A DNA stretch of 63,666 nucleotides, filler included, from Octopus bimaculoides (taxonomy: Eukaryota): the NCBI RefSeq assembly GCF_001194135.2. It is 6 parts of 6 records of this genome, joined end to end, with 100 filler letters (N's around TTAATTAATTAA, not from the genome) between each part and the next. Parts side by side here need not be neighbours in the genome. Positions count along the whole stretch, not along the records: positions 23,557 to 54,472 come from NC_068985.1; positions 54,573 to 58,467 come from NC_068989.1; positions 58,568 to 62,380 come from NC_068990.1; positions 62,481 to 63,666 come from NW_026325033.1; 2 more parts are not named here. One strand, written 5' to 3'. The translations under genes were made by a program, and so were the position numbers. Numbering within the stretch: the first letter of the stretch is position 1; the number at the start of each line of letters is the position of its first letter. Positions 52,086 to 63,666 of the stretch are shown here, piece after piece. The notes under the pieces are model-generated. The model saw only the letters and a list, made by a program, of their open reading frames with translations, was not told where the DNA came from and did not search any database.

Positions 52086-53012
52086 GGCATATATACATAT
52101 ATGTAACATATATTTTATATATATATATATATATTATATACATACATATATGTAACACTTATATACGTATATGTAACATATATATATTTTTTAGAGTACA
52201 CACAAACATGAGCAGCACAAAAACTGTGTGGCGAAAATGTATTTAATGGTGCTTTGCATCACATCAAGTTCTAACTAGCTGACAATTTCAGGAGCAATGA
52301 TAATGTTTATGCAAATTCTAAAAATTTTGTTATTCTTGTCTGGACATTTTAACGTCCAGTTTTTTTGTTTGTTTGTTTTTTTTTAATACTGTTAATACTG
52401 GCATGGGTTTGAGAGAATTTGTTGAGGAAGGTTTTCTATGACTAGATTCCTTCCTGTCACCATCCCTCACCCGTTTCCAAGTAAAGTAAATGATTGAGCT
52501 GAGATCACAGTATCATTTTAATCAATCAGTTCGAACAGAAGTTTTATACAATAACCAGAGTGTTACCCGTCATATGACGGATAGCTTTTTGCCACCGAGA
52601 GCAATATCAGGAAAATATGGTGTATATATGTACAATAATTATATTTTAGCTTTTATCAAATTTATTGGTGTTTGTACAAAATAATGAAAAAAATGCTAAT
52701 TTTCAAAAGAAAAAAATCACCTTAAAATATAGCAAATTTCTCATTTGCATAACATGTATGTCATTATTTTTCTAAATTAAGATAATCGCAAACTACTTCA
52801 GCGAAAAATCTGAATTTCTTCCATAATTACTCTGTTGTTTACACGCTTTCCTCTTTCTCCTCTTCTTACTTTTCTCTTCCTCCTCCTCTTCCTCTTTCTC
52901 TTTCTCCTTCTTTCCTCCCTATACTTCCATCTTCCTCCTCTTCCACCTCTTCCACCTCTCCCTCCTCCTCCTCTTCTTCTTCCTCCTTTGATTCTATGTC
53001 TTCCATTGTGTG

Positions 53013-53232
53013 TGCGAGGGGCGGGATGAAAAGTTCTTAGCTTTAAGGATGTCGCGAAAGGCTTGATTGGAAACCCAAACTTCCAAGTTCTTTTACAAGA
53101 CTTACAAAAATTGAAGGACCGCTGCAATAAGAGTGAATCTGAGAGTGCAATTTGTTGAATAAAATCATAATTAACTGATTCTCCAGTATTTTCTTTTACC
53201 TAAAACTAGGCACTTTTCAGCATCCCCTCGTA
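53013..53232 (+). mobile_element. Mariner-derived MITE retaining the transposase C-terminal codons
   Basis: Imperfect TIRs CGAGGGG..TGAAAAGT at both ends and a frameshifted internal LQKLKDRCNK..FVE*. Confidence 0.75.
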
Positions 53233-53357
53233 TATATGGTGGGCACATTATTTTATTCATTACCTACCACTAAGCCATGAATGCATACTCATCATACATC
53301 TCTTTTGCTAACCCTCTCTTATCTTTTTTAACTCTCTTCATCTTTATCTCTCCCCCC

Positions 53358-53390
<33 letters not shown>

Positions 53391-53526
53391 GCTCACTCTC
53401 CAGTTGTCTATACGATGTAAGACGTTAACTGGAGATTCAATCAACCAACCATCCATACAACATTCATGTTGGTTGGTATCATATAAAGGTTATTTAAGAC
53501 GGAGCATTTTTTTTTCTGTTATACAG

Positions 53527-53687
53527 CCATGGAAGTCTTCTGAATGATGAAATCTTGATTAAAGTTGACAAAAATATCACTACATGCAGTCATAAGCTCG
53601 TATGCAGAAAATGGTATCCGGTTACATGCACCTACGAACAGCGAGCCTGTAATGACACCAGTTTTGCTAAAGTGAGATGTGTAAACG
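53527..53687 (+). CDS. SRCR-domain secreted protein, domain second half (F)HGSLLNDEILIKVDKNITTCSHKLVCRKWYPVTCTYEQRACNDTSFAKVRCVN
   Basis: Acceptor ttttctgttatacAG at 53526, GT donor at 53688, 161 nt, phase 2 to 1, open frame. Five Cys ending in an A-x-V-x-C motif, and the phases bridge both neighbouring exons. Confidence 0.85.
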
Positions 53688-53789
53688 GTAACTAAAACTT
53701 AGTCCTCTTTCAATATAAAAATCGTAAAAAGTGAATACCGAGACTGTTCGTTATTTTCCACCTTCTAATTCTCTTCCACCGTCTCCACT

Positions 53790-54080
53790 TCCTACAGATT
53801 TACAACTTCGTCGTCGTCGTCGTGGTTGCCATCATCTTAGTCGACGTCCTCCTCATCATTGCCACCGTCACCATTATCGTCCTTGTCAGCAGCAGCAGCA
53901 ACAGCAGCAGCAGAAACATCTTCACAGCCATAATCATTTATATCAATAATGAAAACAGGATATGTTGACAAGAACAACGAGCGTAATCAATGTTGCTGCT
54001 GTTGCTGCTACTACTGCTGTTGCTTCTGTTGTTGTTGTTGCTGATGATGATGATGATGATGATGATGACATTGACGATGG
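53790..54080. repeat. Intronic mixed trinucleotide tracts (CGT, CAG, GTT, GAT)
   Basis: Directly visible, between the exons ending at 53687 and starting at 54275. Confidence 0.9.
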
Positions 54081-54274
54081 TGATGAGATTGGTATGAAAG
54101 AAGTGATTGGGCTGTCCTTTCTACTTATGCACATGGTTTATTATTTAGATTGAAAGTTAAATTCCATTACAGCGTGTCCATTGTCCACCATATTGATTAA
54201 CTCTACCAATTCTAGCTTCCATTTTTGATTTTGCTGTTGTTTTTGGTTTTTTTTTGTTTGTTTTTTTTTTCTAG

Positions 54275-54410
54275 AAATATATCGAGTGGATGGTGGAGGC
54301 AAAGATCATGGAGAATTACAAGTGAAAATGTATGGAAGATGGGGAAGAGTATGTTCCCGTTATTTTGATCAACATGCAGCAAGACTTGCCTGCCGTGCAG
54401 TTGGCTATGA
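54275..54410 (+). CDS. Canonical group-A SRCR domain first half (E)IYRVDGGGKDHGELQVKMYGRWGRVCSRYFDQHAARLACRAVGY
   Basis: Acceptor tttttttctAG at 54274, GTAAGT donor at 54411, 136 nt, phase 1 to 2. It matches the SRCR pattern R-x-x-GG..G-x-x-x-V..G-x-WG-x-VC...A...CR..GY. Confidence 0.93.
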
Positions 54411-54859
54411 GTAAGTAGGGGTTTCTGTTTTTTTTTTTATTAAATCTTCTATATTATTATTATTATTATCATNNNNNNNNNNNNNNNNNNNNNNNNNNNN
54501 NNNNNNNNNNNNNNNNTTAATTAATTAANNNNNNNNNNNNNNNNNNNNNNNNNNNNNNNNNNNNNNNNNNNNATATATATATACATATATACATATATAT
54601 ATATACATATATGTATATACATACATATATATACACATATGTATGTATATATGTATGTATGTATGTATGTATGTTTACATGCATGTATGTGTGTATGTAT
54701 GCATATATGTATGTACGTACGTACGCATATGCATGTATGTGTAAATTGAGTGCTAGATAGATTGAGAGAGATGGAGAGAAAGAAAGAAAAAAAAAAGAAA
54801 AAGAGAAATAAAGAGAGAGATTCAGAGTGAGAGAAATAAAAAGAGTGCAAGGACACAGT

Positions 54860-57000
54860 TGAAAAGTGCCAAGTCAGGAAGAATTGTTGGAAAGTCAGCA
54901 GAGGAGAATGACAAGATGCTTTTACTCCCAAAACCTTTGTTTTCTTGTGATAAGAAATTATACGAACCACATCAATAGCATCAGCAACATAGAAAGAATA
55001 TATTCTACTCGTCGTAAGACTAATTAACATAGCATTAGAACGAACTAATGACAGGGTCAAAAATAATCTATAGCAGACGCACAACGTAAAAGAGACACTT
55101 AACTATATAGTCTTGACCATATAACAACCAGATTATTGTGATCTGCAGTTAAGAATCTGCAGCCTCCCCTCGAAGATCAAATTCCTTCCATTATATGGTA
55201 GGATACTTTATAAACTATAATTTTTGTTGGGCATTGGTTATTCAGGGTGCAGTTTTGACATTTCCTAAAATTATATAATTTATTTAGTCGATTGATAAAG
55301 CAATTTCTGTTCACTAGTTTGACATTCTTCTTATTAACTATATGAGACGTTGTGATATCAGACCCCCACCCATATAGTGACCAGATATTTTTGACAAACA
55401 TGCACTTTCTTCATCCCAGCTGGATATCATTGACTCATTACATGTGAACCGTAATTGCTTATTATGTTCATATGAAGAAGCCGTTTCTTTTGTCTTAAAG
55501 TTTCTCAATTTTCTAGCATTATGCATTGCTATAATGCCAGCAACGTTATTTTGTGTCTGAGCATGCATATGTTGCTGCCTGTCCGGTAAATATACTGCTA
55601 GATTTGTTTTTAGGGAAGGGTACTCTTGTCCAGGGTCTTAAAAAATTATCTAATATATCCGTGAACAGCGGGGTCCCGAATGGAAGAAACTTGTGTGTTA
55701 CGTACTCTCCGTCTTCTAGGAGTGATATTATAGTTTTCATTGTTGGCAGAATCGTTAGCATGCCAGTTGAAGTACTTAGCGGTATTTCAACCGCCTTCCC
55801 GTTCTTAATTCAAGTTCCGCTGAGGTCGACTTTCCTTTCATTTTATCGAGGCTAATAAAATAAGGTACCAGTTGAATAATGGGGTCGATGTTTTCTACTA
55901 GCATCCTACCCACAAAGATTTCAGGCCTTGTACCTAGAGTAGAAAGGATTATTATGTCTATTACTATGTATATTATCACTTAATAAGTTGTAAAGTTGCG
56001 AGTAGAGGGCATGTTCATCTTCAGATTATTTCTGTTTTCGTTACTGGAATTCACGGGTTTCCAAATCTCTGGAAAGATCTCATTAATCCCAAATCTATTG
56101 GCTGACTTCACACAGCTGTTTTGTGCTATTCTCCCCTCTATTTATAATTTCTGCCTTGTACACTTACCTCATTCCGCTTCCTTTTACCCTTTCCTCTGAT
56201 TAGCTAATCTATTATTGTATTCCTTAGTATAATTATTTCTGTTAATGATGTAATCACTTTTCAATTTTCTGTTCACGTATTTCCCTGACTGACCGTATGT
56301 GCCTTATATTCTACATGAAGAATACATTATAGTATGTATTATTTTATCTAAATATTTCCTCATTTGCAGAATGCCTAAAAACTCTAAGTAAAATGCGTCT
56401 AATTATCGACTTGATAACTGCTTTTGGGTGCTTTGATCTTTTACTCATATATTTGAGATTATCACTGGGTTTATGGTATAGATAATAGAGTTCAGAATTA
56501 AGTTCCAATTTAACATCCAGAAAGTTTACTATGCTATATTCCTTCTCCGGGAAGAATAGGTTTTTAAAGAATTTGCTAAGATTTCTCCTGTTTCATTCCC
56601 AATCTACCTTGCTACGTTTATAAACTGTAAACAGAGCATCATCCCTATATAATCCGCGTCCACTCCCTAGGAATTCTTTATTTAAGCAGAACAAAATATA
56701 TACCTTCCTCACTTCCGTCATTAATACCACGTAAAGGGTTATGGAGACTGCTTTCTCATTTGATTAAAAGATGAAAAATTAATAAAAATAAATATGTTTA
56801 ATCGTTAGGTACTTTTATCTACTTTCAATACAGAAATGCACTTACCCTTTTTTTATCAATTTCTAATACTTTATAAGCTTCTTTTATTTTATATATGATC
56901 CTAATATACATTTACCCCTATAAATTCTAATTAATTACTGTTATTGATGATGTCATGTATTGAGCAGAATTTTTGCTGCAGCCCATATTTTATACTTCAT
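54860..57000 (-). mobile_element. PLE copy 3 (RT + linker + GIY-YIG remnants), antisense in the SRCR intron, interrupted by a SINE
   Basis: Minus strand LYRDDALF (YRDD 56638-56649), VNFLDVKLEL..KPSDNLKYMSKRSKHP, PFPKNKSSSIF..YAC, NVAGIIAMHNARKL and CTLNNQCPTKIIVYK. Confidence 0.85.
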
Positions 57001-58125
57001 AAACTGGGGCAAGGTAATGTTCGTCAACATCGTCATCCCCACTATTATCATTTGACATCTGATACCTTTAAGTAACATTCTATTGCATCATTTGCTGCAC
57101 TTTCGTGCTGGTTAGGTATATGCAGCATTTGTTTTTCGTTTGGAGAATACTGTATTGCATCAGTATGTTTTGTTATGGGAGTTTGGTTTGAGTCTTCTTT
57201 TGTATAAGAGTTTGTATTGTGTTGCTTGTGCAGTGCAGGTTGTGTTCTTCTGTTGGGGAGTAGGCTTCTGTGGCAATGTTATGGGGTTTGTTAATTTTAT
57301 TCGTTATTTACTGTATGAGTTTACTCCTGTATGTTATTTTTTATTTTTTTGGTGGGGGTAGCATTGTAGGGTACGTAAATCACTTTGCTGTAGTCATGGT
57401 TATCTGTCGATCGCCCTTTTTTGGATTTGTTAATCGTTTGAGAAGTGATAGTAAGAGATGGGTTCGTCTTTATAGCGATTACCTTTTGACAAAACACCGC
57501 CTCTGAACGTGTGCTGAAATTTAATTCGCATAGTGAATGCCCGAGGCCCACTGGACGATATTCACTACTATTACTTTCTCCTTCATTCTGTGGAATTATT
57601 ATGACTTTCTCCTTCATTCGGAGGAATCATTATTCTTATTGAACGAGAGAGCAGTGCATACCACCAAATTGACACTGGGGTAAAATATACGAAGCCCAAT
57701 ATACCCATCATGACTACTCCTCTGATAAAGGTACACCAGACACATGCATCACAACCATATATATGTAACATAGTGATTTCATATCAAGATAACTTAGCAC
57801 ATGCCCTTGTAGGTGGGGCCCAGTTAGTATTTTCTTCAGGACGAGTAAGCCACCCCGCTCAAAAGCTCCTTGAATAAGGGTTGTTTAACGCTGTTGAACG
57901 AAACACCCATGTTTTCAGGGGTGGATTATTCGAAGTCCAAAGAATTTCTCTCAACACATGGCTATGATGTTCCCCAACTACTTCTGCACCTGGTCAGAGA
58001 TGCACATATCGTCAGGCATCAAAGGACATGCTCAACTGTGGTATTGAGCAGAATATTTGCTGTAGTCCATCTTTTATACCATTCTTCCTCTTCTTCTTCT
58101 TCTTCTTCTTCTTCTTCTTCTTCTT

Positions 58126-58154
<29 letters not shown>

Positions 58155-58209
<55 letters not shown>

Positions 58210-58467
58210 GTTCAGTAGTTTTATTTTTATAACGTGTTTTCACTTCACTACCGAGCGCAGCTCTGTGCGCCTTGGGTATGTGCTGTGGTTTGCTGTGGTG
58301 CTTTTATGTTTACTGTATTGAAAGTGTTTTGCGTAGAATGTGTGCAGTACCCAGTAGTGCAATTTTCTGTATGTTACATATATTTGTAAGTCCTGGTATT
58401 TTTGTTATGTATTTGTCTGAGTATTTTTTAATTATACCTAAGGCACCTACTATGATAGGAATTGTTT
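58155..58467 (-). mobile_element. R4/Dong-like LINE 3' end, different subfamily
   Basis: Minus strand TIPIIVGALGIIKK..IQKIALLGTAHILRKTLSIQ* (stop 58310-58312), followed by (TAA)n. Confidence 0.85.
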
Positions 58468-59466
58468 NNNNNNNNNNNNNNNNNNNNNNNNNNNNNNNNN
58501 NNNNNNNNNNNTTAATTAATTAANNNNNNNNNNNNNNNNNNNNNNNNNNNNNNNNNNNNNNNNNNNNATATATATATATATATATATATATATACAAAAT
58601 ATTTTATAATTATATACATAATTATAACAAGGGGTCGGCTTTACGCCTCACCACACACTGCTAGAAATAGACGCTAAAGCTCCTATTGCCACCTTAAAAT
58701 CTCTGAGAAATAACGCACCATACTGTAGGTAAGCAAAAGAAAAATAAAATCAATATTTGAACATATATATATATACATAATCCAAGAGAGTTAGGGGTTG
58801 AGAATCCAATATACTGCCGGAAGAATACCCAATTATTATTACACTAGTGTTAAACGGATTAATCAACAGAGTACAGTGTCTGCAAGTTGATGAGTACCTC
58901 ATATTCCCCTCTATTTTATTATTGCTATATATATATAATCAAGCATACCAACTATACATACCTGTATGCATATGCATATATTCGCATATGCACATACCTC
59001 GTTAGATATAAACGCATATGTGTGTGTGTGTGTGTATGTTTGTGTGTGTATGCGTTAGTTTACGTAAACATACATCTATAACAATATCTATCTAAACTCC
59101 CATCCACACACTTACACGCGCGCGCGCGCGCGTTTGTGTGAAAATGTCCATACAAGAGTATCCGTGCATTCCTGTGTATAACCTTTACCCTTCAATTGTT
59201 GCTTATTTATATAATGTTTGTTGTTATTTATACAACGCTTGAACTGTTTATAGTTTAACAAATCAGAGATGATAGACGTGGATCAAAGAACAATTGATTC
59301 GGTTATTAACAATACACCTGCGCAACATATGTAGGGGGTATGTTTATATGAACGCCCACATATAGACATACACATACACACGCCCACATATATACATGCA
59401 CACACACAAACACACATACATATATGTATGTATATGTGTACATATATATATATGTATATATATACG

Positions 59467-59501
<35 letters not shown>

Positions 59502-60331
59502 NNNNNNNNNNNNNNNNNNNNNNNNNNNNNNNNNNNNNNNNNNNNNNNNNNNNNNNNNNNNNNNNNNNNNNNNNNNNNNNNNNNNNNNNNNNNNNNNNNN
59601 NNNNNNNNNNNNNNNNNNNNNNNNNNNNNNNNNNNNNNNNNNNNNNNNNNNNNNNNNNNNNNNNNNNNNNNNNNNNNNNNNNNNNNNNNNNNNNNNNNNN
59701 NNNNNNNNNNNNNNNNNNNNNNNNNNNNNNNNNNNNNNNNNNNNNNNNNNNNNNNNNNNNNNNNNNNNNNNNNNNNNNNNNNNNNNNNNNNNNNNNNNNN
59801 NNNNNNNNNNNNNNNNNNNNNNNNNNNNNNNNNNNNNNNNNNNNNNNNNNNNNNNNNNNNNNNNNNNNNNNNNNNNNNNNNNNNNNNNNNNNNNNNNNNN
59901 NNNNNNNNNNNNNNNNNNNNNNNNNNNNNNNNNNNNNNNNNNNNNNNNNNNNNNNNNNNNNNNNNNNNNNNNNNNNNNNNNNNNNNNNNNNNNNNNNNNN
60001 NNNNNNNNNNNNNNNNNNNNNNNNNNNNNNNNNNNNNNNNNNNNNNNNNNNNNNNNNNNNNNNNNNNNNNNNNNNNNNNNNNNNNNNNNNNNNNNNNNNN
60101 NNNNNNNNNNNNNNNNNNNNNNNNNNNNNNNNNNNNNNNNNNNNNNNNNNNNNNNNNNNNNNNNNNNNNNNNNNNNNNNNNNNNNNNNNNNNNNNNNNNN
60201 NNNNNNNNNNNNNNNNNNNNNNNNNNNNNNNNNNNNNNNNNNNNNNNNNNNNNNNNNNNNNNNNNNNNNNNNNNNNNNNNNNNNNNNNNNNNNNNNNNNN
60301 NNNNNNNNNNNNNNNNNNNNNNNNNNNNNNN

Positions 60332-60362
<31 letters not shown>

Positions 60363-60861
60363 AGCGTAGGCGTGGCTGTATGTTAAAATTTTGCTTCCCA
60401 ACCACATGGTTCTAGGTTCGGTTCCACTGCATGGCACCACTATAACCAAAGCCTTGTGAGCGGATTTAGTAGATGGAAACCGAATATTTGTGTGTGTGTG
60501 CGTGTGTGTGTGTGTCCTCCACCACTGCCTGACAACCGGTGTTGGTATGTTAACTTAGGTGTTCGACAATAGTATCCGATAGAACAAGTACAAGCCTTTA
60601 AAGAAAACGGTACATTCCTTTGTTCGATCTTATTAAGGAATGCACTACCCATCCGTCTCATCTGCAGACTGAATAGGAAAATAAGTCCAGCATCACCACA
60701 TAAACACCTCCATCGCAATATAATTACCATTCCTTCCTCTCTTTCCATCACCTTCCCTCTCCTCCCCACCAAATACACACAGAAATGCCCACTTAACTCC
60801 ATCACCCTTCACACTGATCAACAGGGATAAGCATCCCTGTGGCAAACATCCATTACTATTA

Positions 60862-60997
60862 TATCGCCTGAAGAAATGAAGCCATGAATATGATCAACCC
60901 GATGACCACGGGTACTATGGACTACATTGTAATCATAACGGGAATACGGACTGTGATCTTAAGGGACACGTGATTTATGGAAACGCACTTATCGATG
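60862..60997 (+). ncRNA. Diverged paralogue of the 49253 hammerhead candidate
   Basis: TATCGC-CTGAAGA-(105 nt)-GAAA-CGCACT-TA-TCGATG. The flanks 60650-61030 are homologous to 49070-49420. Confidence 0.45.
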
Positions 60998-61057
60998 CAT
61001 TCAATATTTATAAATTCCACCCAAGGGTTATTGTTATTATTAGGTTATTGTTACTTT

Positions 61058-61141
<84 letters not shown>

Positions 61142-61357
61142 CTTATTGTGCCTGGAGAGAATCATTCTCTTTTAGTGCTTTATTACTTAACACACTCACC
61201 GGTTCGATTTTCAGTCTTTTATTTATTTTTACTAAACTTTTTCACAGCATATTGCAGACTTTTCAATAGTCGTTGACTCTGTCCGTTATCACAGCTGTGT
61301 TGTTTTTGTTTGTTTGTCTGTGCGTATATGTGTGCGTCAGTGTGCAAGTATATACAC

Positions 61358-61388
<31 letters not shown>

Positions 61389-61525
61389 TGTATGTATGTA
61401 TGTATGTATGTACGTATGTATGTATGTAGGCATGTATGTGTATGCATGGATGTGTGTGTATGCATATGATAGATCGCTAGCCACTAAACCTTTTCTATTT
61501 TCTCCCCCTGTTTATTTCTGTGTTC

Positions 61526-61561
61526 CTTTCTGTCGAAGAGCGTAGACTCGAAATGTAAAAG
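61526..61561 (+). ncRNA. Minimal hammerhead-like variant (CUGUCGA core)
   Basis: CTTT-CTGTCGA-a-GAG cgtaga CTC-GAAA-TG-TA-AAAG, in a related subfamily repeat (61480-61660). Confidence 0.42.
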
Positions 61562-62039
61562 ACTTTCTCATTTCCCGAGCGTTAAACTAATACATCTGTT
61601 TGTTGTTTACACACCCGTCTTCGTCTTTTGTTTTTTTTTGTAAATTCTCATTATATATACACANNNNNNNNNNNNNNNNNNNNNNNNNNNNNNNNNNNNN
61701 NNNNNNNNNNNNNNNNNNNNNNNNNNNNNNNNNNNNNNNNNNNNNNNNNNNNNNNNNNNNNNNNNNNNNNNNNNNNNNNNNNNNNNNNNNNNNNNNNNNN
61801 NNNNNNNNNNNNNNNNNNNNNNNNNNNNNNNNNNNNNNNNNNNNNNNNNNNNNNNNNNNNNNNNNNNNNNNNNNNNNNNNNNNNNNNNNNNNNNNNNNNN
61901 NNNNNNNNNNNNNNNNNNNNNNNNNNNNNNNNNNNNNNNNNNNNNNNNNNNNNNNNNNNNNNNNNNNNNNNNNNNNNNNNNNNNNNNNNNNNNNNNNNNN
62001 NNNNNNNNNNATATATGCGTATGTCTTTGTATCTGTGTT

Positions 62040-62335
62040 TTTCTCCCAAACGCCGCTAGTACCTGCCCTTTAGAGAGAAAATAAATGCTGTGGGTTGATG
62101 CATTCCACTAAAAACTTTTTAAGGCGCTGCCCCAGCATGGCCGCAGTGTAATGACTGACACAAGTAATAGATAAAAGAGTGGCTGTGTGGTAAAAAGCTT
62201 GCTTCCCAACCACATGGCTCCGGGTTCATTCCCACTGCGTGGTACCTTGGGCAAGTGTCTTCTACTGTAGCCTCGGACCAACCAAATCCATGTGAGTGGA
62301 TTTGGTAGACAGAAACTGAAAGAAGCCCGTCACAT
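62040..62335 (+). mobile_element. SINE family C (tRNA head GTGTGGTAA..GCTTGCTTCCCAACCACATGG) preceded by a family C tail
   Basis: The same blocks occur at 10105-10470, 16085-16440, 29160-29295, 35845-35975, 38955-39140, 42585-43020 and 60365-60610. Confidence 0.8.
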
Positions 62336-62380
<45 letters not shown>

Positions 62381-63403
62381 NNNNNNNNNNNNNNNNNNNN
62401 NNNNNNNNNNNNNNNNNNNNNNNNTTAATTAATTAANNNNNNNNNNNNNNNNNNNNNNNNNNNNNNNNNNNNNNNNNNNNCCAGCATGACCGCAGTCAAA
62501 TGACTGAAACAAGTAAAAGAGAGTATATATATGATGGGTTCTTTCCGTGTACGAAATCCACTCGCAAGGCATTGGTCACTTCTAGGCAATAGAAGAAGGC
62601 ACTTGCCCAAGATGTCATAATGTGGAATGGAACCATATCATTGAAAAGCTGTTTTCAAACCACACAGCCATGTTTGCACATGTGGTGTTGACAAATCCCA
62701 ATAATGATAAAACAGCAGTGTCTCTCACTCCTGGATGGGACCAGATGCAAGTTATCTTACGTGTGCATAATTTCCAGGTGTTTTAACACCAGATGCGTTG
62801 ATCAGAATACATTCTCTTATGCCTAAAAGTGCAGCCTACCCATAGACCAGTAAAGCACATACCTGGTGTACGTCTGTTCAATATTGTTTATATCCCTTGA
62901 ACTGCTATAATTTCTCTTGGCTTGATGAGTCTTCTACTCAAACATGGCATGAATTAGAAGCAGCTCAAAGGATATAAAACAGTATCGAAAGCACATACCA
63001 AAGTATGTATTTTGCTAGTCTGCGCTTCTAGGCTGCACTTCTAGGCATAAAAGAATATACTCTCATCAAAATGTGCCTGGTGTTAAAAACACCTAAAATT
63101 CATAGACAAGTGAGACAATACGCACCAGATCCAATTCATGATGCTATATATATATATATATGTATGTATGTATGTTTGTAACTTGCATTGAGTGTAAATT
63201 GAAACAATTGTAGGCAATGTTAATAAATAAATTAACTTATAACTATTAAATCTCTCCATTTTCTTACTTAATAATAATAATATATATATATTGTTGCACT
63301 TGGGGATGGTCATATTGCCAGTTTAGCCAATAAAAACACACGCACTGTATATTTGGTGTTAATTTGCTTCAGCTTTATATTACATTAATCTTAATCTTAT
63401 TTC

Positions 63404-63448
63404 GGCCAGAGTTCTTTCGTCACACTTCTGTGACCTCATCAGTGGTCC
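63404..63448 (-). ncRNA. Type I minimal hammerhead candidate, canonical core
   Basis: Minus strand ggaCCA-CTGATGA-g-GTCAC agaagt GTGAC-GAAA-gaac-TC-TGGcc. Confidence 0.7.
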
Positions 63449-63666
63449 TTTGTTTCCTTCCTTCCTTATGTGTGTCTCACCTTGCTAAATATCAGCCATT
63501 TTGTATTTTGTATTCCTATTGTATGTGTCTACGCATGCGTGTCTTTCAATGTGTCTGTGTCTTTTGTAAGTGCATGTGTGTATGGGGAGTGTCTGTATCA
63601 CCTATATACTCTGTTAATACGTGTTCGTTTGTATTTGTTTTTATTTATTTATTTGTTCATGTGTGT

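Noticed and set aside
52798-53127. Arg/Gly/Lys-rich minus-strand ORF
   Set aside because: It comes from a CT-rich low-complexity tract plus a mariner MITE.
53731-54153. Poly-Q/H/D ORFs between SRCR exons
   Set aside because: These are trinucleotide tracts. The flanking exons join in phase without them.
56369-56390. Acceptor-like catttgcAG as the missing second SRCR half-exon
   Set aside because: It hits an in-frame TAA after six codons in the required phase, and the region is antisense PLE RT.
57820-57840. CTGAAGA on the minus strand in the 57700-58075 repeat
   Set aside because: No pairable stem I or palindromic stem III was found with the downstream GAAA.

Overview
Repeat-rich, gap-rich eukaryotic scaffold. 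Dense (TA)n/(CA)n/(TAGA)n/(TAA)n microsatellites, tRNA-head SINEs and the repeat families suggest a coleoid cephalopod, probably Octopus (inference). One host gene is well supported on +. Five phase-compatible exons (41267-41279, 45562-45609, 51572-51713, 53527-53687, 54275-54410) encode a signal peptide, a divergent SRCR-like domain and the first half of a canonical group-A SRCR domain; the rest lies in gaps or beyond the window. A separate exon encoding a signal-anchor-like N-terminus sits at 7813-7956. Most other recognisable sequence is decayed mobile DNA: three Penelope-like elements (PLEs), three R4/Dong-like LINE 3' ends next to (TAA)n, an RTE-like LINE end with C2H2 fingers, a Helitron remnant, several mariner/Tc1 remnants and MITEs, a solo LTR and many SINEs. 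The most striking unannotated signal is a set of at least five unrelated type-I hammerhead-ribozyme-like motif families. They include minimal forms with palindromic stem III, forms with a 90-105 nt stem II, and a three-copy family with a non-canonical CUGUYGA core. All RNA structures were paired by eye; none is computationally or experimentally validated.
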